A DNA stretch of 64,000 nt from Cenococcum geophilum. Lineage: Eukaryota. The position numbers and the translations under genes are program-made. The stretch covers positions 11,036,001 to 11,100,000 of the forward strand of contig CP158636.1 of NCBI GenBank assembly GCA_050273025.1, written 5' to 3'. Shown piece by piece: positions 39,428 to 52,379 of the stretch; position 1 is the first letter of the stretch; each line of letters starts with the position of its first letter. Below the pieces are notes generated by a model. It saw only the letters and a list, made by a program, of their open reading frames with translations, was not told the DNA's origin and did no database searches.

Positions 39428-41813
39428 GTAGAGGTTCACTATAAGCGCTCTATTACTCCATTCTCTTCCTAAGCGTATAAGGCGGTAGGTTTAAATTCTA
39501 TACCTAGATTGTCTATCTAGGTGGTTACTTTCTTACTATAGAGCTCTACTTTATAGTTAGTACAAATTCTAGTAATTTTAAGGTCGAATTTAGTGTAGAT
39601 CTAATTATAGTATTTTTATAAAGTACTAAGCCACTCGTCCTTTATATGGACGGTATAGACTATAGTAAACCTCGTATAGTCGTTGGTAAAAGATACGTAG
39701 TATCTTTTACCTTTAAAGCTAACAGGGGTAATAGGTCCTACTAGATCCATATAGATAAATTAAAATAGTCGTATAGCTCGTTCCTAGGGCGTTCTATTAT
39801 ACCTCTTTCTAGCTTTAGATTAAGCGTAGGGCTTATAGTGTTTATTACCAACGTTATTAAACTTAATACCAAGTTTACTTAGGTGGCGTTTAAGGTCACT
39901 ATAGTTAAGGTGGCTAAATCGGTGATGCCAAATAGGTAGGCTTTTGTTGTTTTTAATTATCTAAAGGATCGATTCTAATAAGTAGTTATACTGCCGAATT
40001 AGGTAGAGTTATTAAACTTTAGGTGCGTATCCTATTACCTTATTATTGCATTTAAGTTTATAAGTCTCGTTGTTAAAGAAGACGCCTATTTCCTTAAGTC
40101 GGCTTTTAGATAGTAGGTTTGCTAGTAAATATAGTACGTAAAGAACATTGTATAGAGTAAGTATACTTCCGTAACTTTTATTAAGGAGCGCGGTTTATAT
40201 AGAGATAGATCCTTTACCTACTAATTAAGCTCTATAGGGACCAACTGTATCTAATAAGGTGTCGTCATTGACGTAGTTAAAGAGAAGTTTATAATTCTTA
40301 CAGTAGTGGACGGTAGCGGCGGTATTATAGATAAAGTCATACCTGCTTAGTTAGGCTTGTACCATCGCTGCTACAAGCTCGCGTTATAGATTTACTTCAT
40401 TTTTAACTTAATTAGAGTGTTTATTAAGCTAAATAGATAGCCTAGTCCTCTGCTTCTTCCTTGCATAGATTTTATTACTAATTCTCTATAGTATGTTTTC
40501 TGGGTTTCTCTCCTAGCAGTCTTCTTTAGAATGTGTAGTTCTGTTATATTTTACGTAGTTAGGGTACTTACACATTCCTACTAGTGTAATCTTTCTCTTT
40601 ATGGACGTTTCGTTATTTAAACGTACTACTAGTATAGTAGAAGCTTCTTAATTAAGCTCACTATTAAAGACGATAAGTTCCTTGCCTAAGGCTTATAGGT
40701 TAGTATTTTTCTGCGTCTAATTTGTTTGTTAAGTTGTTTTAAACTAAGCGTAGTTAGTAGAGCTAACTTTATGCAGAAGGGCCGCTTAGGCAAGGATTTC
40801 GTAGTTAATAGGTTAGTCCATTTTAATAAGGCGATTAAGGTTTAATATAATGTAGGAGATAAACTCCTCTATATTCTTAAAATCTTAAACGTGTTTAGTA
40901 AAGAAGGTGGCTATAATGTTAGTAATAGCTACCAGATTAAGATCCTTAAAGCGTTTTTTTAGAGCCTTTTATTTCTTAAGCGCCTATCCAGCGTTTAATA
41001 TAAACGGCTTATAGATATCGCTAACGTTCTAGTTAATAAAACCAGCTGCGTAGGCTAGCTGTTCCTTGTATTTCTCCCATTCTTTTACTAAGTTAGCTAG
41101 CTTAATTTTTAGCTGTTTGGTAGTAAAGCCTAAGTCTACCTATTTCTCATTAATTAACTTAATTGTAGGAAGAAGCCGTAGTGGGTCGTTAAGAACCTAC
41201 TTAATGTTTTTAGATTAAAGGTGGTTTTATATATTAATACTAAATATTAGCCAGTCTTCCCGTCTAATAAGCTTTTAGATAAAAGCTTAGGCGGTATATT
41301 TATTACTTATATTAACGAGGCTTATAGGTGGTTTATAGTAGGCAGTTTATAGGCCTTATTATAACAATGTTATTAAATTTATTTCCTTTGTAAGGAGTGT
41401 ATATATAGTATGGGTTTTAACTTAATATGTTTCTTAGCCGGTATAGGCAGTTCTAATAAGCTTCTTCCAATCTACTACTAATACGGTTATTATAAGGCTT
41501 TATTCTTAAAACTCTATCGTTCTATAATAACGATAGTAAGGTTATCTACTAAATGCGAGGTATCCTTCTAAGCCTTTAATGCCGCCGTTTGTTACGGGCT
41601 ATATTAGGCTCGTCTTTAGTAGGATCCTTTTGTTATATTTGGCGTAGAGTCTGTCGTTAGCAGCTATATAGCCGCTCGTTATAGGTTTTTGGCGTTATAA
41701 GTTAAACGTTTAACGACTTTTTAACGCCCGTACGGTGATATTGTAATAGCAATTATCGTAAACAATAAAGCAATTAGGTTTAGCTCGTTAGGCGCAAATC
41801 CAGGCTTATAACC

Positions 41814-41960
41814 TATTAAAATAAGGTTATTAGGGCTAAAACTCTGTGCATTGCTTATTTTCTATATAGGTGGTTAAAATTCTCTAATTAGTTAGATTTC
41901 TGCTAAGAGGTTCTCCCTAAGTCTTATTATGTAATATTATTGCGGGCTTATTTTCTAACA
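41814..41960 (-). repeat. 5' LTR of D (147 bp, lacks a 32-bp segment)
   Basis: Matches 22788-22966. Confidence 0.9.
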
Positions 41961-43975
41961 ATATAGGTAATCTTCTATACAGTATAACTATTATTAGCGA
42001 GTTATAGGGCGCGGGCTTTAGTAAGGGGTAAAATAGGTAGGTTATAAGTACGCACAAATTAGGTGTCTGTAAATTTATTAATAGCTTCGCAATTAATCAT
42101 AAAACGGCTTTTATATTATTTTTTAGCAGTAGTTCCTATTATAGGTAAAACTATCTATTTCCGTCTATTTATCTTTATTAAGTTATTTATTAAGTAGGCC
42201 GATATATAGATCCCTCTATCTTTAGGGCGTCCTAATCCGCGACTTAGGGCTAGGACTTAGTGTTTTCCGTTTCTATATCCAACTCTACTACTATTACTAC
42301 GTCTTTGTCTTATATAGTAGCGGCACGTAGCGATATATTTAGTGTTTAGGGTATTAGGTTAGGTATTAGGCGGCGGCTACTAAACCTAGCTATTAGGTAG
42401 TTTAGGTTATTATAATAATAGCCTTCTTAACGGCATTTATAGCAGCGTCCTAGTCTCTGGAGTAGCTTACGCTCTCCGTTTAGGAGTTTTTATAAAAAGG
42501 TTAGTATAGAGAGGTTAATATTAGCTCCAGTGGTATTTAAAGTAGTAGGCGTTGGTGGCTTAGTGTGTATAGGTTTAGTAGGTCCGGAGGGCTTCTATAG
42601 GGAGGTCTTTAGGTAAGGGTTAGCAGTAATAATCTAATTTAGTCGTTGTTTAATCTTCTATAGGGCTGCTACCATATTATAAATATTATTGTAGTTATAG
42701 CTAGCGGCTGCGTAACTAAGGCGGTAAGTAACTTTTTTAAGAAAATCTTTCTAGTCTTTAGTATTATTTTAGGTAAGGGCTCTAGTGTATTCCTAAAATT
42801 TAATATAGAACTCGTTAAATAATTTAGTAGGGCTTATCTTTAGGGTACGTAGTTTAGCTTAGTTAGTAGCCAGTAGGTTATAGTCGCGGTATATTAGGTT
42901 AAGATTATTAAGGACTTTTTAGTAGAACTGCCACTTTTAGGGGCTATTAGTCTCCTATTAGGCGAAGAGTCTATTAAATAGTATACCCTTTATTTGCCTA
43001 ATAATATAGCCGATCTTAGTGTCTTCTATAGGGAAAAGGTAGGCGCTCTAAGTTAGTTTTTTATAGATTTATATCTTCTAGTAGCTATATTCCTTGCGGT
43101 CTCCCTAAAAGATTAGGGGATTAGGATAACGTATATTAGACCCTACAGTAGCGGCTTAGGTTTAATTATTATAGTTTTTATTATTACTGCTCTGGTAAGG
43201 GTTCCTATTAGATAGAGCTACTTAGCGCTAACCCTCTATTAAGTATTAAGTAGGTAAGGTTGCCAGGGGTATAAAGACTTAAGTAGCGTTATATACAGTG
43301 GAAAGGTATTTAGCGTTATTATAAATATACTTATTAAGCTAAGATTATAGGTATTTAATTATGCCTTCTCTTTTGGTAACTATAGCAGTAAGTATAATTT
43401 TAGCCTTCTTTAACTATTAGACGTCGCGTTTAGACACATAGAGGTCGTCTTTAATTTCTTAATATATATTATTGGCGAGCGCCTTACAGGCTTATAGGTC
43501 TTAGATAATATCGCAATCTTAGGCAGTATGCATTTTAGCTTATATAAGCTTTAGGTAGTAGTTCTATAGAAGGCGGTAGTATTTATTAGGTTCTTGTACT
43601 ACTATTTTTATAAATATCTTAGCGTCTCGTATTTTAATTTTAATAGGTAGTAGCCCTTCCGCTTGCTTATCTATAGTTATATAGTTAATAAAAAATAAGA
43701 TATTATTAGTGTCTATTTCTTTAGGGGTTAAGAATAGGGCTAATAAATTAAATTCTCCTAGGATTAATTAGCGTTGTAGGTTAAGTATAGGTATTAAATT
43801 ATTCTTTAGGTTTAATATAGTGGCTAGTAAGGAATATTATCTTACTATTATAGGTTCCTTAAAAGTATAAAGTAAGGTAACTTATAGATATACTGCTTCT
43901 GGCAGCGCCTATAGTATTATAAAGACGTAGAATTGGTTATAGGCTAAGCGTTAGTGGTAAAAAGGCGCAACGTAA

Positions 43976-44168
43976 TGTTATGGGGCAGGGGTAGTAGCTA
44001 TAAAGCGTATATATTTAAGGAGTCTACAAAACGTTATGCGATTGATTATAAGGGTTAAGGGCGTAGGGAGGTAATATACCTACGCGTAGCTGATATAAGC
44101 TATATGCGAGGTATACACAAGAGCACAGGGCTCTTCTATAAAGGCCCCTACGGTAGGGTTCCGTAATA
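43976..44168 (-). repeat. 5' LTR of C (193 bp)
   Basis: Matches 18620-18812. Confidence 0.92.
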
Positions 44169-44930
44169 ATTAGGTATAGATACCTACCACTAACTGCATT
44201 ATCTAATCTCGGGATATACAAATTAATAAGTTAAAGAGATATTAACCTTCTAAAATACTAGAACATCTTATTATCTTATAGACTTAGAAGGATCGTTTTT
44301 AATAAGTTTAGGACCTACTAAATAATCTTTAAAATAGCAGCAAAGACTAGATAGAGAACTTTAACAAAGATCTAAATATAGGACTGCCATATTGGCAAAT
44401 ATTAATATTACTCCTATATTAAAGAGTATTTAGATCTTAATAGAAGAACTCTATTAGCTACCTACTCTAGAGCTAACTTTAGAACCGGCTATACTATTCG
44501 CGTCTTTGGCGCCTTAATAATCACTATCTACTATAGCATATCCTATACTATAAATATTATCTACTACCTTGTTAGCTTCTGAAGTTACCAAACCACTAAT
44601 TATAGATCCTATACCTCGTTTCGAACCCTACCTACTTAGACAATAGTAGACTGATTATTAGGGGGTAAGAGACATTCTGGTTGTAAAAAGCGACCTATAG
44701 TAAAAAAGAAAGATATACCTAATTAGGATTTACAACAATAAGCCTTTATGGTTTAAAATAACGGTAATAATGGTCTTATCGACCTAGATATAACGCCATT
44801 AGCTTATGCCTTTTATGCTACTGCTATAAAGATATATAGACATCGAGATGACTTTTTACCACCACTAAAGTTATAGAAAGAGATGTTTAATTATAAGTAC
44901 GCTATAGAGTTTAAAGTAGCTGCTTATACT

Positions 44931-46232
44931 TATTAACGACTTAGTTAGTTAAGGTATAAGTACAGTAAGAAGAATATATGCAAGCCTATATAATTGGATT
45001 ATCTATAAACGAGGATCTAAAGCTAGAGAAAGGAAAGAAGAAGAAGAGCAGCGCTAGTTAAAGTAGGGTTCTTTTATGTGGTCTTCTAGTTATATAACCG
45101 TAAGTTCTACTAAGTTCTGCTAGCTAAGTTCTGCCGTTTTCTACTAGAGCCGTAACACTACCCCCCCCCCCCTTTAGTAAAGCCTGCCCTTAGGCTTTAT
45201 ATATCTATATTATACCCATAGGGCGTTCTTATTTTTATATTCTTCTAGTAGCTTATCGTCTTCGCTATACTAGCACTCTATTTACTTATCTAGGTACTTT
45301 AGGGGTCCTAGTTTATTAAGGTAACGGCTATAGAATTCTTAAAGTTTATAGGGACTGCTAATAAAGTTCTATATAGGGTGCTAGGTAGGATCTAGGTTAT
45401 AGCCTTTTTAACTAATATAGTACCTTAGCGTTTTCCTTACTAGCTTATAGGCTAGTATTTCTTTAATTTCCCATTCGTCGTCGCTATTAACTTAAATTAG
45501 TAGGGGAGGTTCGTTCTTTTATCTAGGCAATAGGTTGTTTACGGCTTTCCATAGCTTATCTGGTAAGAATTTAGGGTAGACCTTAATCAAATCTAGGAGC
45601 TTCACTTTATATAAGTTACCTATCTTTTTAAGGACCTTATACGGTCCTATTATCTAATAGTCTAGCTTATAGCTAGGCCGTTCTATCTTTTAGTTTTTTA
45701 TTATAACCTAAACTATATCGCCTACGGTAAAGTTGGGCTCGCGCCTATACTTATTTACCTACTATTCTATTAATTTCTAGGCCTTTTTTAGGTTTATATA
45801 GGCTACTTTCTAGGCTTCTTCTAAGTGTTTAGCGTAATGCTAGGCTTCCTTATAAGATAGTTTTTCGCGTACGGTTTATAGCCCTTCCGTTCTTTTTTAG
45901 TTGAAACTTATATAGGGTAAGTACTCTATTTCTAGCTAGATAGGTATAAATCCTATAAAGTTATAGGGTAGGATAGCCTAGGCGTAGTCTATTAGAGGTA
46001 GCAGTTCGGCCTAATTATCCTAAAAGTAGTTAATAAAGGGTTGGAGTCTCTAGTCTAAATACTAGTTTATAATTTCCATCTAGCCGTCTATCTAGGGGTA
46101 GTATACTATAGAAAGCTTTAGCCTAATACCTAGGATTTAGGTAAACTCGTTCTAAAAGGCTAATATAAATTACAGCCTATAATCAGATATAATAGTATCT
46201 AGTAGTCTGTAAATGTGGTAGATATAGTAAAC
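44931..46232 (-). mobile_element. Truncated Gypsy chromovirus F related to B (3' LTR, PPT, chromodomain, partial integrase)
   Basis: LTR ~44931-45157 ending ccgtaaca; C-run PPT complement; 3' region resembles B; integrase fragment breaks off at ~46232. Confidence 0.85.
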
Positions 46233-47599
46233 TCTGTCCTGGTGCGCTTCCTGTTTGGGTTTAGCGGGGCCCCGATACCCGTTTTCGGGCATCGCTCTCT
46301 CGCTTAGCCGACCGCCGCTTTTAACGTCTATAAAATGCTCTATCGCCTTCACTGCCCTCTCTACTAGCTCTTTCTCCCTTAAATTCCACTTCTGCCCTAG
46401 CCTTACCCCTGCTACAAGGCCCCACCCTTATAGCCTGCGCCCGCCCCTCAATACTGAACTTCTAATTACGACCAACACTAAGGTGCACGCTCTCTTAGCT
46501 AATGACTCTTAAATATTTAACTGTTGTTTCCACTCTTGCGGCCTATATACTACCGTTATAATCTTAATATAGACTACCTTAAATAGATACACTAGATTTA
46601 GGGAGGCTAATATTACGTCCCCTCTCTAAGCCTCTTTTTCTCTCTACGTTTCTTCCATTTATTTTTCTCTCTAGTATTTTTTTTATAGGCTATCTAGGTT
46701 TTTGGTTTTAACTTTTATATAGTCCTACTTTACCTATATTCTATTATCTCAGCTATATTAATTAATAGCCTGCCCTAGAGTTAAGACGCCTATTTAAATA
46801 CTTAAACGTTATGCTAGAAATTACTTTAGCGCTAGCACTCTACTACGCCATTACTATAGCTAACTAAAGAATATATCTCATTCTTATAGCTTTAATAATA
46901 TAACTTAGGAGGCTGTAGTCAAAGTAAGGAGCTGTGGGGCCTAAACTATAGCTAGTTACTAAAACAACTACTACAGTAGCAGGAGTGCAAGTGGGGCAGG
47001 AGGGCGCAGCGAAAGGACGGCAGGGGGCTTAGATAAAGGGTGAACTTAACTAAAAAACTACTAAGTCAATCTTCCAACTAACAAAGGAAATACCTCATTA
47101 TACAAAGCTATTATAGCGCTGGAATGGGTCAGTAGAGCTCTATAGATGTTTTGTATAAGTGCTCGCTAAATTACTCTAGACTAGTCGATTCTATCTCTAC
47201 TATAGGGTTAGTAGCTCTAGAAGAAGCAGGAAGCTACTAACTAAAACACTAAAGTAAAGGTTAGAAGATTTAGAGAAGGTAACGGGGTATTTTTGCTAGC
47301 TATAATAGTTTTATTATTCCTTATCTGGCGTCAGCATTTAAGAAAGAATAGCATTTTTAGTATTTTATATTTAGTAACTTAATTGATTGCTTTTAGCTTA
47401 GGTGTAAAATATACTTTTAGTAATTAGATAAACTAGCGAGGTAAATAAGATCTAGTAGTTGCTTCTACTAAAAGGCTATCCCTTAAGAAGGTAACCCCCT
47501 TACTAAAATCACCCCCTATAAACCTACTTTATTAAGCGCCGTAAATCTCACTATAAAAAGGTTAAAGCTAGTTCTTCATTATAAATACCTATTAACTCT

Positions 47600-48570
47600 A
47601 TCATTTAAAGATGTTTTTATTTTGGGATAACGATATACTTCTTCGGCCTAATATATCTATTAATATTAATAAAGTAAACTGTTTTATTAATGGCGACCAC
47701 AATACGCGTATTGCAATGTATTAGCAACACATAAGCTAGTTAATAAATTCGCATATCTGCCGAGCTTTCCTTTAAGAAATACCACATAATGACCGCGAGA
47801 AATTATTTAAGAGCATTGACAAACAAGCACTTTTGAGATCACTTCCCTATATGGACTATTACTAAGCTAGGGACGTTCTTACAAAATGCTATAGGGAAAT
47901 TAACTCCATAATTAAAATTCTTAATCATGTCAATAACCAATAGCGAGCACTATTAATATTCGCGCTTACAAAAACAGCTTATATAAGAATATTTAATAAT
48001 ATAGACAAGGAAAGCAAGGATAAAGCTATTTGTAGTCTTAATAGCAAAGCTGTTTATAACGGGAGAAAGCAGATGGGTGCTGTGGCACTTAGTAGTTATG
48101 GTGCCTATCTGTTAGACTGGATAAAATTCGAAGATTTATATGCTTTATGTAAGAAGAAATATAGCTTTAGAGACGAAATATAGAGAGTAAATTATTGGGA
48201 CTATACCTATTATAGAGACTATTTGCTCGATCACTATAGAATGAACTATATTTAATGCCAAGTTCTACTATATATTATTTACCTTTAAGATCGGCATTAC
48301 TTATAGGAAATTAAACTAACCAGGATAAAGGTTAATAGATTTATAGTCTACCTACAGGACCAAATGGTGTACGCGATGGCAAAATTTATAGAAGAAGGAA
48401 ACCCTTACTAGTATAAAGCGGAAGTCCTTTATGACTATCGTGGCGCTACATACAATATAGCGGTATTTGATTTCCTTTATATACTAACTTTTAGGTAAAG
48501 GCCTTGCCTATAAATAAGATACATGGGAGGTGGAGGTAGAGGCAATAATAGTGGGTAATATAGTGTTAAC
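47600..48570 (+). pseudogene. RIP-degraded gene of unknown function
   Basis: Long coherent frame (SHICRAFL*EIPHNDREKLFKSIDKQALLRSLP...YWDYTYYRDYLLDHY) with RIP-type stops; boundaries approximate. Confidence 0.55.
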
Positions 48571-49328
48571 TGATGTGGTAGATTTCTGTTACTTTAAAGA
48601 GATGTCTATATACTCGCTATAGGTTTATATAGTAGCGCTTAAACGGTTCTTTCTGTAAAATTAAAAGAGTATAATACTTTCTATATAGTCTTAATATTAA
48701 TACACTATATTTTGCTAGTAATATTAGCTACGGATTGGCGCCTAAGAACTAATATATACGTAATTGGACGTTGTAAAGTATAGGAAATGGCTTCCTTACT
48801 AGCAAAAATATTATCTTTAGCCGTAGCTACACGCTAATAGAGCACGCATTACTGTTATAAAGCTTAAAAGAAATGTGCTCTTTAGACGTTCTATCTCCTA
48901 CATTAGGGGCATATTTGTCTAAAAATATTATAGTGTTAGCTTGAGCTGTTCTCTTGCTCTGGTAATATAGGTGCCGTAGGGGTGTTTATAGGGTGCGGTT
49001 GTCCTAGTTATTTATATAACCGGCCAACGCGTAGTAATAGCAAGAACTTTTTTATATATTTAAAACTATTACGATAGCTTTCCGGCGCTGCTAGACGTAC
49101 TATACAGCTAAAGTACGTGGATACGGAAAAATTAGACTAAGTAATGATGTATTTATCTGCTCTTCTTTTCTCTAGACTGCTTATTTAGTTAATAAGCTGG
49201 CTCTTTCCTTTAATCTATAAATCCGTATCGGCCCGCGTATACTAATATAGTAGTTTACCTAGGAAACTAGCGATAGACCAATACCCTATTAAAAATCCGG
49301 ATAACTATTGGTTATTATTAACTGACAG

Positions 49329-50336
49329 CTAAACTTCCAAAAACTCAATAATATTCTTTAGGGCTTGTAAGTCACCCTTAATGGTCTTAGCCAATTCCGG
49401 CTTTACCTAATCTTTTGTTTAGCCCCCTCCAAAATTAATTATCTATGTATTATCGTCCTTGTCAATCAATATATTTCCTAGCTTTTTATCACCCTAGATA
49501 ATACCAATGTTATAAAGTTAGGCAACAGTGTGCCGAATTTAATTTACCTATTTCGCTCTTTAGAATTTATTTACAGAATCGATTCGGACTAGATTAAGGT
49601 TTGGTGTGTTTAGGTCGGCTTAGATATAGTTATAAAGTACGGCAATTACATTATTATAATCTGACTTAACGTATCCAACTGGCTTTGGCGCATAAATATA
49701 AGGAAGGTTAGTATCTAGTATCCATTATAGCAAATTAAATTCTCAAGAAATGGACTTGTGGGTGTATTCGGTAATTACTTTACAATAGCTTATCCGGCCG
49801 TTAATTAAGACTTTTAATATCTTAGCTCCTAGGAGTTTATCTAATACCTTAACCTCTAAAAAGCGAAACTTAGGTAGAGTGCTTTTGGTATTTAATAAAT
49901 CCTTAGTTTGGGACATCCTAGGTAATGTAGGAGTCTGTCATTTAATAAGTTTTGCTTCGCCCTTAAGTGTAACTAACTGCAACTTAAAGGTATCTAGATT
50001 TAGAAATGTATACAGATTGTTTTTTTAAGGTTTATCCTTAATAATATAAGCAAATTCTTGGAATATCGGCTAATAGGTACTTGCAACTAGGTCGGATATT
50101 TCTTTATATATTATATCTATTTTAGAGTTTTTATGGGACTCTATAGCGTAATCAAGCTTCTAGAGTAATTGGCATTTAATACTATACTCCTTGTCAAAGC
50201 CTAGAGATGGACGTCGCGAGAGGACTATATTAAAACGTTTCTTGTTACAGGTCGAAACAAGGTTATAATTAGATCCGATACCGCAATCCAGATCTATAAC
50301 GGTACAAGGTATTACAAGATAATGGCGGATAGCCAT
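49329..50336 (-). pseudogene. Protein kinase-like pseudogene (fungal WGDxKPxNxLID...IDFGGG type)
   Basis: Reads LY(H)NIGII*(W)GDKKL(P)GNILIDKDDNT*(W)IIN(D)FGGG..KD*(W)VKPELA..GDLQAL; ATG-to-stop span is 336 codons. Confidence 0.8.
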
Positions 50337-50936
50337 TATGTGTAAGTGGTAACCTTAATTAAAGGGCGCTAGTAATTAGAAACCTTCTAAGAATATATAA
50401 AGTGGCGAACAAGTATAAGTTCCTAAGAATCTTTGTTTAATTAATTAATTACCTTATTAACTAGGTTAGGTAATGTAATATAATAACCTAAAAACGTACG
50501 CCAGTATAAGTAAGGTAATTATATATGTAGGCAAGCGAGATAACCACTTATTATAATACCCGTTATAGTTTCCTTTAAAAGTATTATCTAATATAATTAA
50601 TAAAATGATTAGCTTAAGCTATTCTTAAAGACCCTAAGCCCGTTATATCCCTCTTAAGGATAAGAGATTTATTTTATATATTTATTCTCATATTGCTCTA
50701 AGTAAAGATGTGCCACACCTACCGATATTGGTATTGTTGTGGTAAACATTACAGATAAAACACTATCTCTTGTGGTAATACTCCTATTAACCCTATTACG
50801 GGTCAGCAAAATATATACTCTAATTGAAAAATAACCGAATTAAATTAAACCTAGTCTTTATGTAGGAAAAGCGACTGTCCTTACTTAGTATATTAGGGAT
50901 ATTAGAGATGTTGCGAGTGCAAATAGGGGCCGAATC

Positions 50937-51610
50937 ATGCTGGGAATTGTGTTTATAGCACTAATAATATACCTTGCCTTTATTAGTACTGTTGGACCTA
51001 TTTATATTATAAATGATATATAAACTCCTCTAGAGACTTACAAAATACTACTTACTAGATTAGACGCATTAGTATAAACGGTTTACTATAGCCGGTAAGG
51101 AACTTCCCTATAAGATTAAAGAAGAGGAGGTTATAGTAGTGGGACGAAGTAGATCAGCTCTGTACGCTTATTATGCCCTTAATTTCTGCAAATTTAAGTT
51201 GGAAAAAATTAGGAACTTTATGTAAGATTGTCTTAATTAGATGGAAAATGTATAGCATTGATAGAGCAAAGTAAGGAGCTGTGTTGTAATAGTTACGGAT
51301 AAAATTCGTGCTGTTACATAACCTTTGGCAAGACTATTGTGTTATTAATCACTATACCGCCTTAAAAGAACACGGTTTATCTAGATAGCTAAATATCTTG
51401 GCTAAGGCATTTATCTATAAGGATATAAATAGAAACCCCGCGCGTTCCGCGAGAGTCCCTACTACTACTTCGGCTAATTTAGCTGTAAGCTGGCGTAATA
51501 GTGACGATAGTTCTAGGGCATTTAATATTATTTAGTTTATTAAATAGAGCTTTACGAATGCCGCATCTAAATACAGTTTAAGCTAAGGTGGTGCATTCGT
51601 GGCTTGGTAA
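50937..51610 (+). pseudogene. Possible RIP-degraded ORF with a hydrophobic N-terminus
   Basis: MLGIVFIALIIYLAFIST... continuing to GGAFVAW*, with many RIP-type stops. Confidence 0.3.
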
Positions 51611-52379
51611 CTACTAAGCCACGCCTACTAAAACCCTAAATATCGCGCAGTCCTTGATAAATTTCGCAATAAAGACAATGACTCTATAATTGATATCCTT
51701 AACTATTTAGACGACTAATAGCGAGCACTGCTATTACATTGTCCTCTTAGCTGCAGCAGCATTACTAGACTATCTCCTTCTCTTACAACTAGGGTGGTGT
51801 CTACTATTACATTTTAATTTAGTAGCCTGGTGTTAACTAATAAAATACGTCCTATTTAACTTTGCTAGAAGGACTAGTCTCTTAGGGCTAATTGGGCGTT
51901 CGATATATTAATCGGAAGATTAAGAATAAGAACTCTGTCTATTAAATGTAGCTCTAGGGCCTCTATATATATATAAGGAAGGTATAGGAATAGGAAGTAT
52001 GAGGAGTATAGGCAATAGAGATAGGTAATAGGTAACTAGAACAGGGTAGTAAGATATAAGGTAGTAGGTAACTAAAATAACCTAATTCCAGTTAATACCT
52101 AGTAATTAAAACGGTCTTCTTTACTATATAACCTCCAATTAGGCATTTATAGGGATTTGATAATAAGCTTACAGGTACCTTTTAAGATTTTCCACTTGTG
52201 TAAAGTCTTAATCGCATTTTAGGTACTTAAATTTTGAATTTAGTATATCTAGAGGCATTAGAAATAATAAAAAAGCTATAGCATAAAGCTAAACCTATGA
52301 GTTTGTTTATGTCGAAACATGTCTTGCTTTTTATTAAAGCTCTTTTAATATATATCACACTTTGTTCTTAAAGCCGCTA

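Larger units (their letters stand above)
22788..41960 (-). mobile_element. Ty1/Copia retrotransposon D, RIP-inactivated (about 5.6 kb without the LINE and E), nested in C
   Basis: LTRs 22788-22966 and 41814-41960; TSD ATATA; PBS ggttataagcc (rc 41803-41813); protease FIYN(D)TAATVH ~40320; IWHHRFSH ~39920; integrase ENGVIER ~39460; RT ~29500-30500; RNase H TKHIDIQ ~29125. Confidence 0.92.
18620..44168 (-). mobile_element. Ty3/Gypsy chromovirus C, RIP-inactivated (about 6.4 kb without D)
   Basis: 193-bp LTRs 18620-18812 and 43976-44168; TSD atcgg/attag (two transitions); PPT complement at 18813; chromodomain ~19210-19350; RT FCFTYLDN(D) ~21700; protease ~42090; gag ~42300-43700. Confidence 0.92.
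2011..44930 (+). mobile_element. Ty1/Copia LTR retrotransposon X, RIP-inactivated and 3'-truncated; host of A, C and F (own sequence about 3.6 kb: 2011-4525, 18261-18619, 44174-44930)
   Basis: TG...CA LTR 2011-2253 then PBS gttatgagccc; protease GYDTMADIHFC (~3667); GAG-pre-integrase WH*RLL (~4090); integrase TPYT..QN...ER (~18295); NIYR|VWIP joined across insertion C; no RT/RNase H or 3' LTR found. Confidence 0.85.

Noticed and set aside
2011..46232. Named TE families or host species
   Set aside because: Cannot be assigned reliably without a database search.
46170..46352. 60-aa ORF as a fusion gene
   Set aside because: It crosses the breakpoint between unknown sequence and the F integrase; no evidence of expression.
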